Origin: Desulfomonilia bacterium
GTDB taxonomy: Bacteria; Desulfobacterota; Desulfomonilia; UBA1062
Assembly (NCBI GenBank): GCA_050014195.1
Contig: JBEKDT010000001.1
Coordinates: 384,001-448,000, forward strand
DNA: 64,000 nucleotides
Direction of reading: 5' to 3'
Shown: positions 10,401 to 19,987 of the stretch, in pieces
How positions within the stretch are numbered: the first letter of the stretch is position 1
Layout: the number at the start of each line of letters is the position of its first letter
The notes under the pieces: generated by a model
Told to the model about the DNA's origin: nothing
Databases searched by the model: none
What the model saw: the letters and a program-made list of their open reading frames with translations, nothing else
Program-made: the position numbers and the translations under genes

Positions 10401-10557
10401 CAGGCAGGCTGAGCTGATTTTTCAACTGCTGCTGTACAGCTTTTGTCATTGCTTCGGGTGATCTTGTGGCCAGGTATGATATGAACAAGACGCAACCGAT
10501 AAACACAAGCACGGCCGCAAGCAGGGTTAGGAGTATCCTCTTCAGGATTTTATTCAT
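7429..10557 (-). CDS. AsmA-like/YhdP family lipid bridge protein
   Basis: 1042 aa, N-terminal TM anchor, beta-rich repeats, C-terminal IPLVGWVL..G..SDPKV AsmA_2-type end. Confidence 0.8.
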   Translation of the reverse strand: MNKILKRILLTLLAAVLVFIGCVLFISYLATRSPEAMTKAVQQQLKNQLSLPVTIASTRLEWKQGPRVILNKVSIDSPGIINLHIQSVTAYLGIWRLLFGDVSVKKVRLVEPSGEIDLDNLQNLKLKKGTAGRPVVIIWKGSVKFIYQGLDFPLTDLSGRITNDWINLRARSLGGRVLLEADLVKPGKVTFDAYGIPLKQIDTRFKGTANMSFTIEDVKNSKAGSFLLQAKDLSLPYIRGTMKNLIVSAALSGDRQRMSFTDISIKTPLVEVSGKGEIMGLNDMESWKDSILSLEASSKEFDYEKVVSVLPVNLFPDWLKTLLTKQIRSGRSRFSMARYRGSIKDFLSGEALMNNLYVVQDLRGQSFGAGYSPDRVTGITGQVMYTKGDIRFNNLSGFMGQSSLRRVNVALLQILKFWRVYVVIDLDMPAADFIRTWRAAMVPQDIYKLLSPVSKVKGGLVHARVSASYDETLKSPFNAIEDIKIENCTYTWGNKSISGQSGSIHADSYSAPHRIIFTGTFDSIRIKKLDVSLVDPFGKNRSRFFVLADHLHPVGTIALGDASIKLTGSGIGADLKGSLELSTPGITYAASNYTITSQPASAKGNFTTRLESQPRISINDMVIRTPKSSLGGSASIKSDTGSLALSGELHLKDLSCKTAKGLKNLDGLVNGSMKISWDNAVSAEGNLRFNNMVLPYQENPLTINGPVTFSTHVISSDALQIASGETTVVLKGKLSLEKQPYFKGSAVVDGMKTGEGGMTLKGLTDLRADATLKFVNCVFYGLPIEGSSAQAEFKDGILSLTHVDMETVSGNAKGTIQIAADGASTYDLMISIKGADMRKLLRATNIKSIIDGSLDMDGHISGHDDSINGILTISARDGEIRKYELVSQIFSLLNVYKIFQNRDIDFISHHFTYNHLTSTLDITDNVVSFDDFALESNSIQLSAVGKYSITTKKIDANIGVQPLESVDWTVSKIPLVGWVLTGDKGKLIVLNMSLKGTMSDPKVRLEPINTLSNTVAASLLRSLRLPAHLINESLKYLENKKQ

Positions 10558-10642
10558 GTGCGTCCCAAGAGCAATTAGTACAAATTGACACTTAATTGCA
10601 AGTGTCTCTCCTCTTTTCCTTTGTCTTTACTATAGGGATTCC

Positions 10643-10671
10643 TTGACTGCCTACGCGGGAAATGATACACT
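10643..10671 (+). promoter_or_regulatory. sigma70 promoter of serS (TTGACT-17-TACACT, with extended -10 TG)
   Basis: Consensus-like hexamers with 17-nt spacing; -10 lies 7 nt before the ATG. Confidence 0.7.
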
Positions 10672-10678
10672 CATTAGT

Positions 10679-11950
10679 ATGTTAGATATTAAATTTATTA
10701 GACAAAATGTAGAATTGGTGAAGAAGGCGCTCCAGAATAGAGGGTATTCCATGCAACTTGACTCCCTCATGGAGAAGGATAATGAGCGAAGGGCCCTCAT
10801 CCAGAAGGCTGAAGATCTCAAGGCTGCCCGTAACCAGTTTTCCATGCGAATTGCGCGGGCCAAAAATGAGGGGGGAGACCTGGAGCAGGAAAAGGCCGAG
10901 ATGCGCAGGATCTCCGATGAGATCAAGGGCCTCGACGGGCAGATCCGCGAAGTGGAAATCGCCATTGAGGCAATCGTCATGGAGATCCCCAATATCCCGC
11001 ATGAGAGCGTACCTGTCGGGTCTGACTCAAGTTATAACCAGGTGGTGCGTACATGGGGTGATAAGCCGCAGTATGACTTTGCTCCCAAGGACCACTGGGA
11101 TGTGGGAGAGAATTTGGGCATTCTCGACTTCAAGCGAGCCGCCAAGATCACCGGTGCAAGGTTCTGCCTCAACTGGGGTGCGGGTGCGGCCCTGGAGCGC
11201 GCACTCATCAGCTTCATGCTCGATGTGCACACAAAAGAACATGGATATACCGAAGTATGGACCCCGTTCATGGTGAACAGGGACAGTATGACCGCCACGG
11301 GCCAGCTCCCGAAATTCGAGGAGGAGCTGTTTCGGACCGATGATTACTTCCTCATTCCCACTGCCGAGGTGCCGGTCACGAACATCTACCGCGACGAGAC
11401 CTTGCAGGAGGAAAAACTGCCCGTGAAGCTGGTTGCGTATACCCCCTGTTTCCGCAGAGAGGCCGGCTCCTACGGCAAGGACACCCGCGGGCTCATCCGG
11501 CAGCACCAGTTCGACAAGGTGGAGGTCGTGCGGTTCGCACATCCCGAAAGGTCCTTCACGGATCTGGAAGAGCTCACCAATGATGCCGAGGATATCCTCA
11601 AGAAGCTCGGGCTCCACTATCGGGTGGTAGTGCTCTGCACCGGCGATCTGGGGTTCTCTTCCTCCAAGACCTATGACCTTGAGGTGTGGATGCCTGCACA
11701 GGGTGTATACCGGGAGATCTCTTCCTGCAGCAACTTTTTCGACTTCCAGGCCCGCAGGGGCCAGATCCGTTTCAAGGCGAAACAGGGTAAGAAGACCGAG
11801 TTCTGCCACACGCTCAACGGGAGCGGCCTGGCTGTGGGAAGGACGCTTGCAGCCATCCTGGAGAACTACCAGCAGGGAGATGGGACGGTCAAGGTCCCCG
11901 AGGCGCTCAAGCCCTACATGGGAGTTGACCTCATAACGCCCATCGGTTAA
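10679..11950 (+). CDS. serS: Serine--tRNA ligase
   Basis: MLDIKFIR start, [38 protein letters not shown]. Confidence 0.97.
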   Translation: MLDIKFIRQNVELVKKALQNRGYSMQLDSLMEKDNERRALIQKAEDLKAARNQFSMRIARAKNEGGDLEQEKAEMRRISDEIKGLDGQIREVEIAIEAIVMEIPNIPHESVPVGSDSSYNQVVRTWGDKPQYDFAPKDHWDVGENLGILDFKRAAKITGARFCLNWGAGAALERALISFMLDVHTKEHGYTEVWTPFMVNRDSMTATGQLPKFEEELFRTDDYFLIPTAEVPVTNIYRDETLQEEKLPVKLVAYTPCFRREAGSYGKDTRGLIRQHQFDKVEVVRFAHPERSFTDLEELTNDAEDILKKLGLHYRVVVLCTGDLGFSSSKTYDLEVWMPAQGVYREISSCSNFFDFQARRGQIRFKAKQGKKTEFCHTLNGSGLAVGRTLAAILENYQQGDGTVKVPEALKPYMGVDLITPIG

Positions 11951-11964
11951 TGGTAAATTCGTGC

Positions 11965-12052
11965 GGAGGGATGGCCGAGTGGTTGAAGGCGGCGGTCTTG
12001 AAAACCGTTGTACTGTAAGGTACCGCGGGTTCGAATCCTGCTCCCTCCGCCA
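11965..12052 (+). tRNA. tRNA-Ser(TGA)
   Basis: GGAGGGA/TCCCTCC acceptor stem, GGCCGAGTGG D-arm, CT-TGA-AA anticodon loop, long variable arm, GTTCGAATC, encoded CCA. Confidence 0.96.
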
Positions 12053-12159
12053 TGTTTTATTAATGAATGCATCTTTAAGACCTTCGGCACAGACAATCGT
12101 AAGCGTCTTGATTTCTAAAAAGTTGGTGTATGCTGCAAAGAGTACAACAGGGCCTCTTA

Positions 12160-12284
12160 TTCCAATTCTCAATCAAAGATGATATCGAGGAGGCAAGGAA
12201 GAGGCGACGCAGGCGTACTTTTATAGTACGTTGAGGAGCCGATGACGAAGCCGACAAGGATAGCGCTTTGATTGAGAATTGGAA
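12160..12284. mobile_element. 125-bp MITE-like/RPE-like palindromic element
   Basis: Perfect 19-bp terminal IR TTCCAATTCTCAATCAAAG, TTA direct repeats on both flanks, internal CGTAC..GTACG hairpin. Confidence 0.7.
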
Positions 12285-13256
12285 TTACTCCTCGTCCTGA
12301 TAGCTCCTCGTATAGAGGTGGCGGTTGTAGATGCTGGAGAAGGCGGAGAAAGATTCTTCTTCGGGCGTTGCCTCTATGATGGAGCATATGCCGGTCAGCT
12401 TTGCATCGAGGTCGTCCATCATATGGAGGAAGATGGCCTCTTTGGTCATGGGCAGCTTGGGCGAGCCGAATTCAAGCTGACCGTGATGGCCCAGGATCAT
12501 ATGAAGGAGCTGGAGCTTGAGTTCCTTCGGAAAGCCCTCAATGGATGATGCCTCCTGGTCCACCATATTTGCGGAAAGGTAGATATGCCCCAGGAGCCTG
12601 CCCATCGGGGTAATGTCTATGATCTTGGTGTAGGTGTACTCATATATCTTGCCGAGGTCGTGGAGCATAGCGCCGACAACCAGCATATCCCGGTTGAAGC
12701 CCACATGGACATAGACGGGCAATAATGCATCGATAGCCCTTAAGACAAAGATTGTATGCTCCAGCAGGCCCCCTATGTAGTTATGGTGTATCCCTTTGGC
12801 GGCAGGGGCCTTCATGAACCCTTCCCTTACCCCTTCCCTGGCAAAGATCCGCTCGATGAGGTGGCGCAGGTGATTGTTTTTGATGCCGGAGCAGGACTGC
12901 TCGAACTCATCCATCATGGATGTCATATCCCGGCCGGTGGAAGGCACAAGACTTGCTATTTCCACATCCTGGTCGGAGAGTTTTGTGATCTTCTCGATCC
13001 TGAGTTGCAGGCGGTTTTCGTATGACTCGGCACTTGCCCTTACCCCTACTACGTCACCAGGGGCAATGCTTGAAACCTGCTCCTGTGCTTCATCCCAGAC
13101 CATTCCGAGGATGTCACCGGTCTTGTCGGAGAGGATGATTTTACCATAGGGCTTGCCATTGCGGGCTGTGAGCAGCCTGCGTTCGGAGACCAAAAACACC
13201 GCCTTTACACGGTCGCCGTCCCCGATCTCACTGATAAAACGTCCCTTTGAAATCAT
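12285..13256 (-). CDS. yhaM: OB-fold + HD domain 3'-5' exoribonuclease, YhaM/Cbf1 family
   Basis: N-terminal OB fold, APAAKGIHH..GGLLEH, LHDLGK, HHG..EFGSP, DDLDAK. Confidence 0.88.
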   Translation of the reverse strand: MISKGRFISEIGDGDRVKAVFLVSERRLLTARNGKPYGKIILSDKTGDILGMVWDEAQEQVSSIAPGDVVGVRASAESYENRLQLRIEKITKLSDQDVEIASLVPSTGRDMTSMMDEFEQSCSGIKNNHLRHLIERIFAREGVREGFMKAPAAKGIHHNYIGGLLEHTIFVLRAIDALLPVYVHVGFNRDMLVVGAMLHDLGKIYEYTYTKIIDITPMGRLLGHIYLSANMVDQEASSIEGFPKELKLQLLHMILGHHGQLEFGSPKLPMTKEAIFLHMMDDLDAKLTGICSIIEATPEEESFSAFSSIYNRHLYTRSYQDEE

Positions 13257-13323
13257 GTGTCTCCCTTTGTAGGGATTTTTGTATCATATACGCGAAGTTT
13301 TAACAGCCGGAATTATACTATTC

Positions 13324-14634
13324 CTACAGAATGTATCTGCTTAGGTCTTCCCTGCTCATAAGCGGCCCCAGACGCTGCTTGACATATGCTTCATCGACCA
13401 CAACAGAGCCCTCGAGCTCTTTCGATGCAAAGGAGATGTCCTCCAGCAGTTTCTCAAGCACGGTATGAAGTCTGCGGGCCCCGATGTTCTCGGTATGGTC
13501 ATTGATGTACTGGGCGATGGCAGCGATCTCTTTGACGGCATCGTCCGTGAAGACAAGGTCGACCCCCTCGGTGGCCAGCAGGGCCTGATACTGCTTGATG
13601 AGGGCATTCTTGGGCTCCATGAGGATGCGGACAAAATCTTCTTTGCTCAGGTGATTGAGCTCCTCCCGAATGGGGAAGCGGCCCTGAAGCTCGGGTATGA
13701 GGTCGGAGGGCTTGCTCACATGGAAGGCCCCTGAACCGATGAACAGGATATGGTCCGTGTTTACGGGCCCGAACTTGGTGTTCACCGTGGTCCCCTCCAC
13801 GATGGGCAGCAGGTCGCGCTGCACCCCTTCACGTGACACGTCGGGGCCACGGCCCGATTCCCTGCCTGCAATCTTGTCCAGCTCGTCTATGAACACGATA
13901 CCGGAGTTCTCCACCCGGACCCTAGCCTCCTGGTTTACCTTGTCCATGTCGATGAGGCGGCCCACTTCCTGGCTGGTGATGAACTCGAGGGCCTCTTTCA
14001 CGCTCATGCGTCTTCGGCGGGTGCGCTTGGGGAGGATGGACGAGAACATCTCCTTGAAGTCGATGCCCATCTCTTCCAGCCCCTGGCCCGAGAAGATCTC
14101 AACGGTGGGCATCTGGGTCTCGCGTGACTCCACCTCGATGAACCGATCGTCAAGTGCCCCATCCTCGAGCATCTTCTTCATTTTGTCCCTGCTCTCCATA
14201 TGGAGCTCCGCATCTTTCTGGGGCGGCAGCAGATAATCCAGCACCCGCTCCCTGGCGATATCGGCGGCCTTGTCCCTGACCTTTTCGCTCTCTTCGGCCT
14301 GGACCATCTGGATGCCCATCCTCATGAGATCACGGATAATGGACTCCACATCCCTGCCTACATAGCCCACCTCGGTGAACTTGGATGCCTCAACTTTTAT
14401 AAAGGGTGCACCCGAGAGTTTTGCAAGCCTTCGGGCAATCTCGGTCTTTCCCACGCCGGTGGGTCCGATGAGGATGATATTCTTCGGGTATATGTCATCC
14501 TTCATCTCGGGGGCTACCATCTGGCGCCTCCATCGGTTCCTCAGTGCTATAGCCACTGCGCGCTTGGCCTTGTCCTGGCCGACGATGTAGCGGTCGAGCT
14601 CGGCAACGATCTGTTTGGGTGTGAGGTTGCTCAT
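13324..14634 (-). CDS. hslU: ATP-dependent protease ATPase subunit HslU
   Basis: [49 protein letters not shown]. Confidence 0.97.
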   Translation of the reverse strand: MSNLTPKQIVAELDRYIVGQDKAKRAVAIALRNRWRRQMVAPEMKDDIYPKNIILIGPTGVGKTEIARRLAKLSGAPFIKVEASKFTEVGYVGRDVESIIRDLMRMGIQMVQAEESEKVRDKAADIARERVLDYLLPPQKDAELHMESRDKMKKMLEDGALDDRFIEVESRETQMPTVEIFSGQGLEEMGIDFKEMFSSILPKRTRRRRMSVKEALEFITSQEVGRLIDMDKVNQEARVRVENSGIVFIDELDKIAGRESGRGPDVSREGVQRDLLPIVEGTTVNTKFGPVNTDHILFIGSGAFHVSKPSDLIPELQGRFPIREELNHLSKEDFVRILMEPKNALIKQYQALLATEGVDLVFTDDAVKEIAAIAQYINDHTENIGARRLHTVLEKLLEDISFASKELEGSVVVDEAYVKQRLGPLMSREDLSRYIL

Positions 14635-15164
14635 CACAGTTCCTCATAGTGTATGGCTTTATTCGTATAGATGCAGATATCGGATGCAATCTCCATGGCA
14701 TTGGCCGCAATGTCCTTTGCAGACAGGTCGGTATGCTTCAAGAGGGCCTTGGCTGCGGCAAAGGCGTACTGGCCGCCGGAGCCGATACCGCAGACATCGC
14801 CATCCGGCTCCACCACATCGCCGGTTCCTGAAAGGATGAAGGTGTTTAAGGTATCGGCCACGATCATGAGGGCCTCCAGCCTCCTGAGCACCCGGTCGGT
14901 CCTCCAGTCTTTTCCCATTTCAACAGCGGCCCTGGTGAGGTTGCCGCGGTACTCCTTCAGTTTTTCTTCGAAGCGCTCAAAGAGCGTAAATGCATCCGAG
15001 GTGGAACCGGCAAAGCCTGCCAGGACTTTGTCGTCATAGATCTTCCTCACCTTCTTTGCCTTGCCTTTAAGGATCACATTATTCATGGTCACCTGGCCGT
15101 CGCCGGCCATCACCACTTTCCCTTCCTTTCTTACGCATAATATGGTGGTCCCGTGGATCTCCAT
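14634..15164 (-). CDS. hslV: ATP-dependent protease subunit HslV
   Basis: HGTTI Thr nucleophile, AGDGQVT, GFAG, GSGG, DICIYTN. Confidence 0.97.
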   Translation of the reverse strand: MEIHGTTILCVRKEGKVVMAGDGQVTMNNVILKGKAKKVRKIYDDKVLAGFAGSTSDAFTLFERFEEKLKEYRGNLTRAAVEMGKDWRTDRVLRRLEALMIVADTLNTFILSGTGDVVEPDGDVCGIGSGGQYAFAAAKALLKHTDLSAKDIAANAMEIASDICIYTNKAIHYEEL

Positions 15165-16042
15165 CATCCCTCCTTTGCCTTCGGATGAGCTTTATCATAC
15201 ACATCCATGAGTTTGTCCACACTCAAGTGGGTGTAGCGCTGGGTGGTGGAGAGGCTTACATGCCCCAGCATCTCCTGGATGGATCTGAGGTCGGCACCCG
15301 CATCCAGCATGTGGCTTGCAAAGGTGTGCCGTATTACATGGGGGCTCACATGCTTGGCGAGCGCGGCATGCAAAGACCACTGGGAGATTATCCGCCTGAT
15401 GCTCCTCGATCGCATAGGGCCTCCCCTGCTGTTTAAAAACAAGGGCTCGGTGCAGTATATCGGGTCATTGATGCCCCTTGTTTTCAGATAACTGCCGATG
15501 GCATTGATCGCCCGGGTACCGATGGGCACATGCCGCTGCTTGGAACCCTTTCCTATGACCATGATAAAACCTTCGTTCACATCCACATCACAGCACTTCA
15601 TGGTCTCTGCCTCTCCCACCCGTATACCCGTAGAGTAGAACAGCTCGAGGATAGCCCTGTCACGGGGATCATCTACCGCATCGATAAGGTCGAACATCTC
15701 GTCGTGGCTTAAGAACTTCGGCAGGCTGTCCCGTTGCTTGAGAGACCTCACATGGCCGAAAGGGTTCATGGGAAGGCCGGTGGAACGCATCACGAAGGAG
15801 AAAAATCCCTTGATGGCGCTCAGCTTGCGGTTGACCGAGGTGCGGTTGTAGCGGGTCCTGAGCCTGAGCATATACGAGCGCACCATACGACGGTCTGGGA
15901 TGCCGGCCTGGTGCTCGGTAATGAATGTGATGAAATCCCTGATATCGTTTACGTACGCCCGGTAGGTTTCCCTGGAAAATCCTCTACTGTCCAACAGCAC
16001 GAGGGCATAGCGGTTCAGCAGGGCCTCGTAGTCCAGATCCAT
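15164..16042 (-). CDS. xerC: Tyrosine recombinase XerC
   Basis: [35 protein letters not shown]...TTQRY; standard xerC-hslVU synteny. Confidence 0.88.
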   Translation of the reverse strand: MDLDYEALLNRYALVLLDSRGFSRETYRAYVNDIRDFITFITEHQAGIPDRRMVRSYMLRLRTRYNRTSVNRKLSAIKGFFSFVMRSTGLPMNPFGHVRSLKQRDSLPKFLSHDEMFDLIDAVDDPRDRAILELFYSTGIRVGEAETMKCCDVDVNEGFIMVIGKGSKQRHVPIGTRAINAIGSYLKTRGINDPIYCTEPLFLNSRGGPMRSRSIRRIISQWSLHAALAKHVSPHVIRHTFASHMLDAGADLRSIQEMLGHVSLSTTQRYTHLSVDKLMDVYDKAHPKAKEG

Positions 16043-16189
16043 AGTGCGTTTTTTACACCCTGGATGTGTTTTTATCAAGGCCGTGATGGGTTGCAAAGGT
16101 CGGTGTAATCCTGTCTTGTCAAGGCAATGGTATTATGAAATAGTAGTTAATGTTACCCTTTAAAGACATCCCAAACTGGAGGTGGCAAC

Positions 16190-17479
16190 ATGGCGAACGT
16201 GGTCATTGTCGACGGAGTAAGGACGGCTGTGGGCGGCTTCGGAGGGACGCTGAAGGATGTCCCCGCCAAAGAGCTGGGCTCCCTTGTAATACACGAACTC
16301 CTTGTCAAGAACGGACTCAAGCCGGAGGTCTCCGCTTCGAGCAAAGAAGCAGCACCTGATGTTTTCAAGAATGCAGGCCTGTCGGCCATTGAAGAGAAAT
16401 ACTCCGGCTGGCCCAAGGACCTCAAGGGCATCACCATCGATGAGGTGATCATGGGCAACGTGCTCTCGTCAGGCCAGGGACAAAACCCTGCCAGGCAGGC
16501 AATGATCATGGCAGGGCTGCCCAAGGAGACCGGCGCGTTCACCATCAACAAGGTCTGCGCCTCGGGCATGAAGGCCATTGCCCTGGCTGCGGCATCCATC
16601 AAATCAGGCGACAACAACGTGGTCATTGCAGGCGGCATGGAGAACATGAGCGACGTGCCCATAGCACTGCCCAAGGCCCGCTGGGGCTACCGCATGGACA
16701 TGCCCTACGGCAAGACCATGGACCTCATGGTATTCGACGGCCTCTATGAGATCTTTTACGGCTACCACATGGGCATAACGGCCGAGAACATCGCCGAGAA
16801 ATACGGCATCACCAGGGCCGATCAAGACAAGATGGGGCTCGACAGTCACAAACGCGCGCTTGCTGCAATCAAATCCGGTATCTTGAAGGGGGAGATCGTG
16901 CCCGTGAAGATCCCGCAGAAAAAGGGCGACCCTCTCATCTTCGATACAGACGAAAGGCCGATGGACACCACATTAGAAAAGATGGGCAAGCTTGCCACCG
17001 TGTTCAAGAAGGACGGTACGGTTACTGCAGGCAATGCTTCAGGCATAAATGACGCTGCCGCTGCGTGCCTGGTCATGAATGAAGACAAGGCCAAGGAGTT
17101 GGGGCTCAAGCCCATTGCCCGGATAAAGGGCTATGCAACAGGAGGCGTGGACCCGTCATACATGGGGCTTGGTCCTATCCCGGCGGTTAGGAAACTGCTG
17201 AAGATCACCAAGACCTCGGTGAAGGACTACGGCCTCTTCGAGGTGAACGAGGCCTTCGCATCCCAGGCTATTGCATGCATGCGGGAATTGAATATGGACT
17301 GGAGCATCACCAACGTGAACGGCTCAGGCATCTCCATCGGCCACCCCATAGGCTGCACGGGCGCCCGTCTCATGATCGCACTGGCCAACGAAATGAAGCG
17401 GCGCGGCGTGGGGCTCGGCATGGCATCGCTCTGCATCGGCGGCGGTATGGGTATGGCAATGTCCATCGAACTGGTCTGA
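16190..17479 (+). CDS. Acetyl-CoA acetyltransferase (thiolase)
   Basis: NKVCASG, NEAFA, GHPIGCTG, LCIGGGMG. Confidence 0.95.
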   Translation: MANVVIVDGVRTAVGGFGGTLKDVPAKELGSLVIHELLVKNGLKPEVSASSKEAAPDVFKNAGLSAIEEKYSGWPKDLKGITIDEVIMGNVLSSGQGQNPARQAMIMAGLPKETGAFTINKVCASGMKAIALAAASIKSGDNNVVIAGGMENMSDVPIALPKARWGYRMDMPYGKTMDLMVFDGLYEIFYGYHMGITAENIAEKYGITRADQDKMGLDSHKRALAAIKSGILKGEIVPVKIPQKKGDPLIFDTDERPMDTTLEKMGKLATVFKKDGTVTAGNASGINDAAAACLVMNEDKAKELGLKPIARIKGYATGGVDPSYMGLGPIPAVRKLLKITKTSVKDYGLFEVNEAFASQAIACMRELNMDWSITNVNGSGISIGHPIGCTGARLMIALANEMKRRGVGLGMASLCIGGGMGMAMSIELV

Positions 17480-17512
17480 CTAATTCCCTGTCCCCTTTAC
17501 AAAAAAAGGGGT

Positions 17513-17535
17513 TGCCCCCCCTTTGCGGGGGGGCA
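17513..17535. terminator. GC-rich hairpin between convergent thiolase and S8 genes
   Basis: TGCCCCCCC-tttgc-GGGGGGGCA with an A-tract nearby at ~17501. Confidence 0.6.
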
Positions 17536-17545
17536 GGGGTATAGG

Positions 17546-18907
17546 CTATTCCAGATCCTTACTCCGACTGACCTGGAACAAGACTATCATGATCATGAGC
17601 AGGACAGCTGCGATGGGGGTTGGTGCAGTGTGAGCCGTCTCGATGAGACATCCGCCACCACCACCGCCGCCTGATTCGGCAGAACTCACGGCATTGCTCG
17701 TATCACTGGTCTGCGAAGAATCCTGAGTCGAACTTGTCGATGTATCGGTATTTCCCTCGGCAACGAGCGCCTCATAGGCATTCACACAACCGCCGGTTGC
17801 AACCATGCTAGACCCTGTGCTCGGAGTTTTGGTCGCTGAACTCAGGATGATTTGCCGGAGCGTCACGTAATTCATATTTGGTGACTGGGAGAGTACCATT
17901 GCTGCTACACCGGTGACAAAGGGGGTGGCAAACGAAGTGCCTGCCGCATTGGAGACATAACCGTCGTTAATCGTGGTAGTCGTGATACCGACCCCGGGCG
18001 CCATGATTTGAACGGTCTTTGATCCGTAATTGGAGAACGATGCAATGCTGCCGTCAGTGTCCATGGCAGCTACTGCGATTACGTTGTCATAAGGACAGTT
18101 CGAAGGATAGTGGACGCTCGTGTCATTGTCCTGCCCGTTGTTCCCTGCGGATGCAACGAACAGCACCCCCTTGCTTTTCGCGTATGCAATAGCATCATCT
18201 AATGACTTGGATTGTTCATAAAAGCCCCAGCTTGCATTGATGATCTGTGCCCCGTGGTCTACTGCATAGTAGATGGCATTCACTGCATCCGAGAGATTCC
18301 CTGTAGTCTGGCCATCATTGTTCAGCTTCATGAACTTGACCGGCATGATTGCAATGTTTATATCCCAGTCCACCCCTGCGATACCAATGCCGTTATTGCC
18401 GACAGCTCCGAAGATGCCGCACACCTTGGTGCCATGCCCCGAGTCGTCTTCCGGGGTACCGTCATTATTTGCAAAATCATACCCGGGGATAATCCGGCCC
18501 TGCAGATCCGGATGATTCATATCCACACCGGAGTCGATGACGGCAATGACAACCTGCTGGCCAGCACCTTGCTGGGTAATAAGGTCCCATGCACTTTCGA
18601 TACCTAGTTCGCTCCACTCGCCCGTATACGGCCAGTCATCAGGAACAGTCTCTGCCTCGATGATATAGTTCGGTTCAACATATTCTACATCCTCACTTGC
18701 AGAGAGCTCTTCGATGGCCTTGTCCGCATCGTCCACAGCCATGGTAACCGGCCGTTCTACCGAGGCAACCTCGGATGAAAGGCCTTGTGGATTCTTTGTC
18801 TTGAACTTCACGATTACTTCATCCGTGCGGTATCCGGCTGCATTCAGCGAGAAGGCCATCAGGACGAAAACCAGGAGACCGATAGAAAATGTTCTGTAGT
18901 CTTTCAC
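17546..18907 (-). CDS. Secreted S8 subtilisin-like serine protease with C-terminal Gly-rich/Cys/TM sorting tail
   Basis: Signal peptide, propeptide, DSG / HGT / GTSFATP triad, S/T linker, GGGGGGGCLIETA then TM and basic residues. Confidence 0.9.
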   Translation of the reverse strand: MKDYRTFSIGLLVFVLMAFSLNAAGYRTDEVIVKFKTKNPQGLSSEVASVERPVTMAVDDADKAIEELSASEDVEYVEPNYIIEAETVPDDWPYTGEWSELGIESAWDLITQQGAGQQVVIAVIDSGVDMNHPDLQGRIIPGYDFANNDGTPEDDSGHGTKVCGIFGAVGNNGIGIAGVDWDINIAIMPVKFMKLNNDGQTTGNLSDAVNAIYYAVDHGAQIINASWGFYEQSKSLDDAIAYAKSKGVLFVASAGNNGQDNDTSVHYPSNCPYDNVIAVAAMDTDGSIASFSNYGSKTVQIMAPGVGITTTTINDGYVSNAAGTSFATPFVTGVAAMVLSQSPNMNYVTLRQIILSSATKTPSTGSSMVATGGCVNAYEALVAEGNTDTSTSSTQDSSQTSDTSNAVSSAESGGGGGGGCLIETAHTAPTPIAAVLLMIMIVLFQVSRSKDLE

Positions 18908-18946
18908 CTTATACCCCCCAGATCGAGTACGATCTGGGGTTACTAA

Positions 18947-18963
18947 GGCAAGGTGAATGCCAA
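18947..18963 (-). promoter_or_regulatory. sigma54 (-24/-12) promoter of the S8 protease gene
   Basis: Minus strand TTGGCATTCACCTTGCC = GG-N10-GC; IHF-like AATCAGTATGTTA at 19002-19014; palindromes at 19023-19040 and 19069-19086. Confidence 0.75.
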
Positions 18964-19176
18964 AGTATTGTCGATAGCGATTATTATTTATTAATCATAT
19001 AAATCAGTATGTTATAAAGCAATAGTCATACTTATGACTACTTTAGGGCAGTTACACTCGGTGCATCCTTGTAATCCGAATTACAATCCGTGGTATCTGG
19101 TTTGTAACTGGACGTAACTGGATTTGATGATCAGCGCACTTCCGTATAGGTCAAGTCTTTGGCTGTAATCGCAGTC

Positions 19177-19977
19177 TCATAAAGCCCCTCGGAGAAATTT
19201 CTTATACCTTTTGCTGAATAAATAATATTGCTCAGGTGTAATATCCTGAGGCCGTGACCCAAGATGGATGCCTGCATATTCGGCGAGCTTATCCAGGGTG
19301 TCCTCATCCATATCGGGCAACCGGGCAAGGGTGTTCTTGAGGGTCTTCCTCCTCTGACCGAAGGCGCATGCCGCTACGCTTCTGTACACATCCGTATCTG
19401 TGGGGGGTATAGGAGACATCTTCGGGCTCAGCTTGATCACCAGGGAATCGACCTTGGGCTTGGGGAAGAAGTTGTTCGGCCCGACAAGAAACCCGGGGGA
19501 TGCATCAAATCCTGCGGCTACCACCACGCTCAAGTATGAATATGCCTTATCACCGACATGCGCACAGATCCTCTGTGCAACCTCCTTCTGGAGCATGACA
19601 ACGACTGAATCAATGCGATGAGCTTGATCAACCAGCCTTATAATAAGCTGCGTGGCAATATTGTACGGCAAATTGGCCACTATTTTCGCCCTGTCAGGAA
19701 TTATCTGCCCCAGGTCACTTTCCAGGATATCCTGATGAATTAGCGCAATGCCATCAGAGTTATTGAAAGCATCGAGGAGGCTCTCATAAAGATGGTCGTC
19801 CTTTTCTATTGCAATGACATAAGATGCATGCTTCAGGAGTACTCTCGTAAGCATGCCCCTGCCCGGCCCGACCTCCACCACTGTGTCATCTTTGCTGATG
19901 TCAGCGAGGGATGCCATCTTTCCAGCGATCCCTATATTTTTCAGGAAGTTCTGACCCAGTGAACGTTTTGGCCTCAT
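19177..19977 (-). CDS. rsmA: 16S rRNA dimethyladenosine transferase
   Basis: KRSLGQNFL, EVGPGRG, ANLPYNI, MLQKEVA, PKPKVDS, QRRKTL. Confidence 0.95.
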   Translation of the reverse strand: MRPKRSLGQNFLKNIGIAGKMASLADISKDDTVVEVGPGRGMLTRVLLKHASYVIAIEKDDHLYESLLDAFNNSDGIALIHQDILESDLGQIIPDRAKIVANLPYNIATQLIIRLVDQAHRIDSVVVMLQKEVAQRICAHVGDKAYSYLSVVVAAGFDASPGFLVGPNNFFPKPKVDSLVIKLSPKMSPIPPTDTDVYRSVAACAFGQRRKTLKNTLARLPDMDEDTLDKLAEYAGIHLGSRPQDITPEQYYLFSKRYKKFLRGAL

Positions 19978-19987
19978 AGTGACTCTT

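Noticed and set aside
11965-12160. tRNA-Ser as an integration site
   Set aside because: I saw no duplicated tRNA 3' end and no integrase; core genes resume immediately
15164-16042. Tyrosine recombinase as a possible phage or island integrase
   Set aside because: Its size and xerC-hslV-hslU synteny mark it as housekeeping XerC; no cargo genes or att repeats
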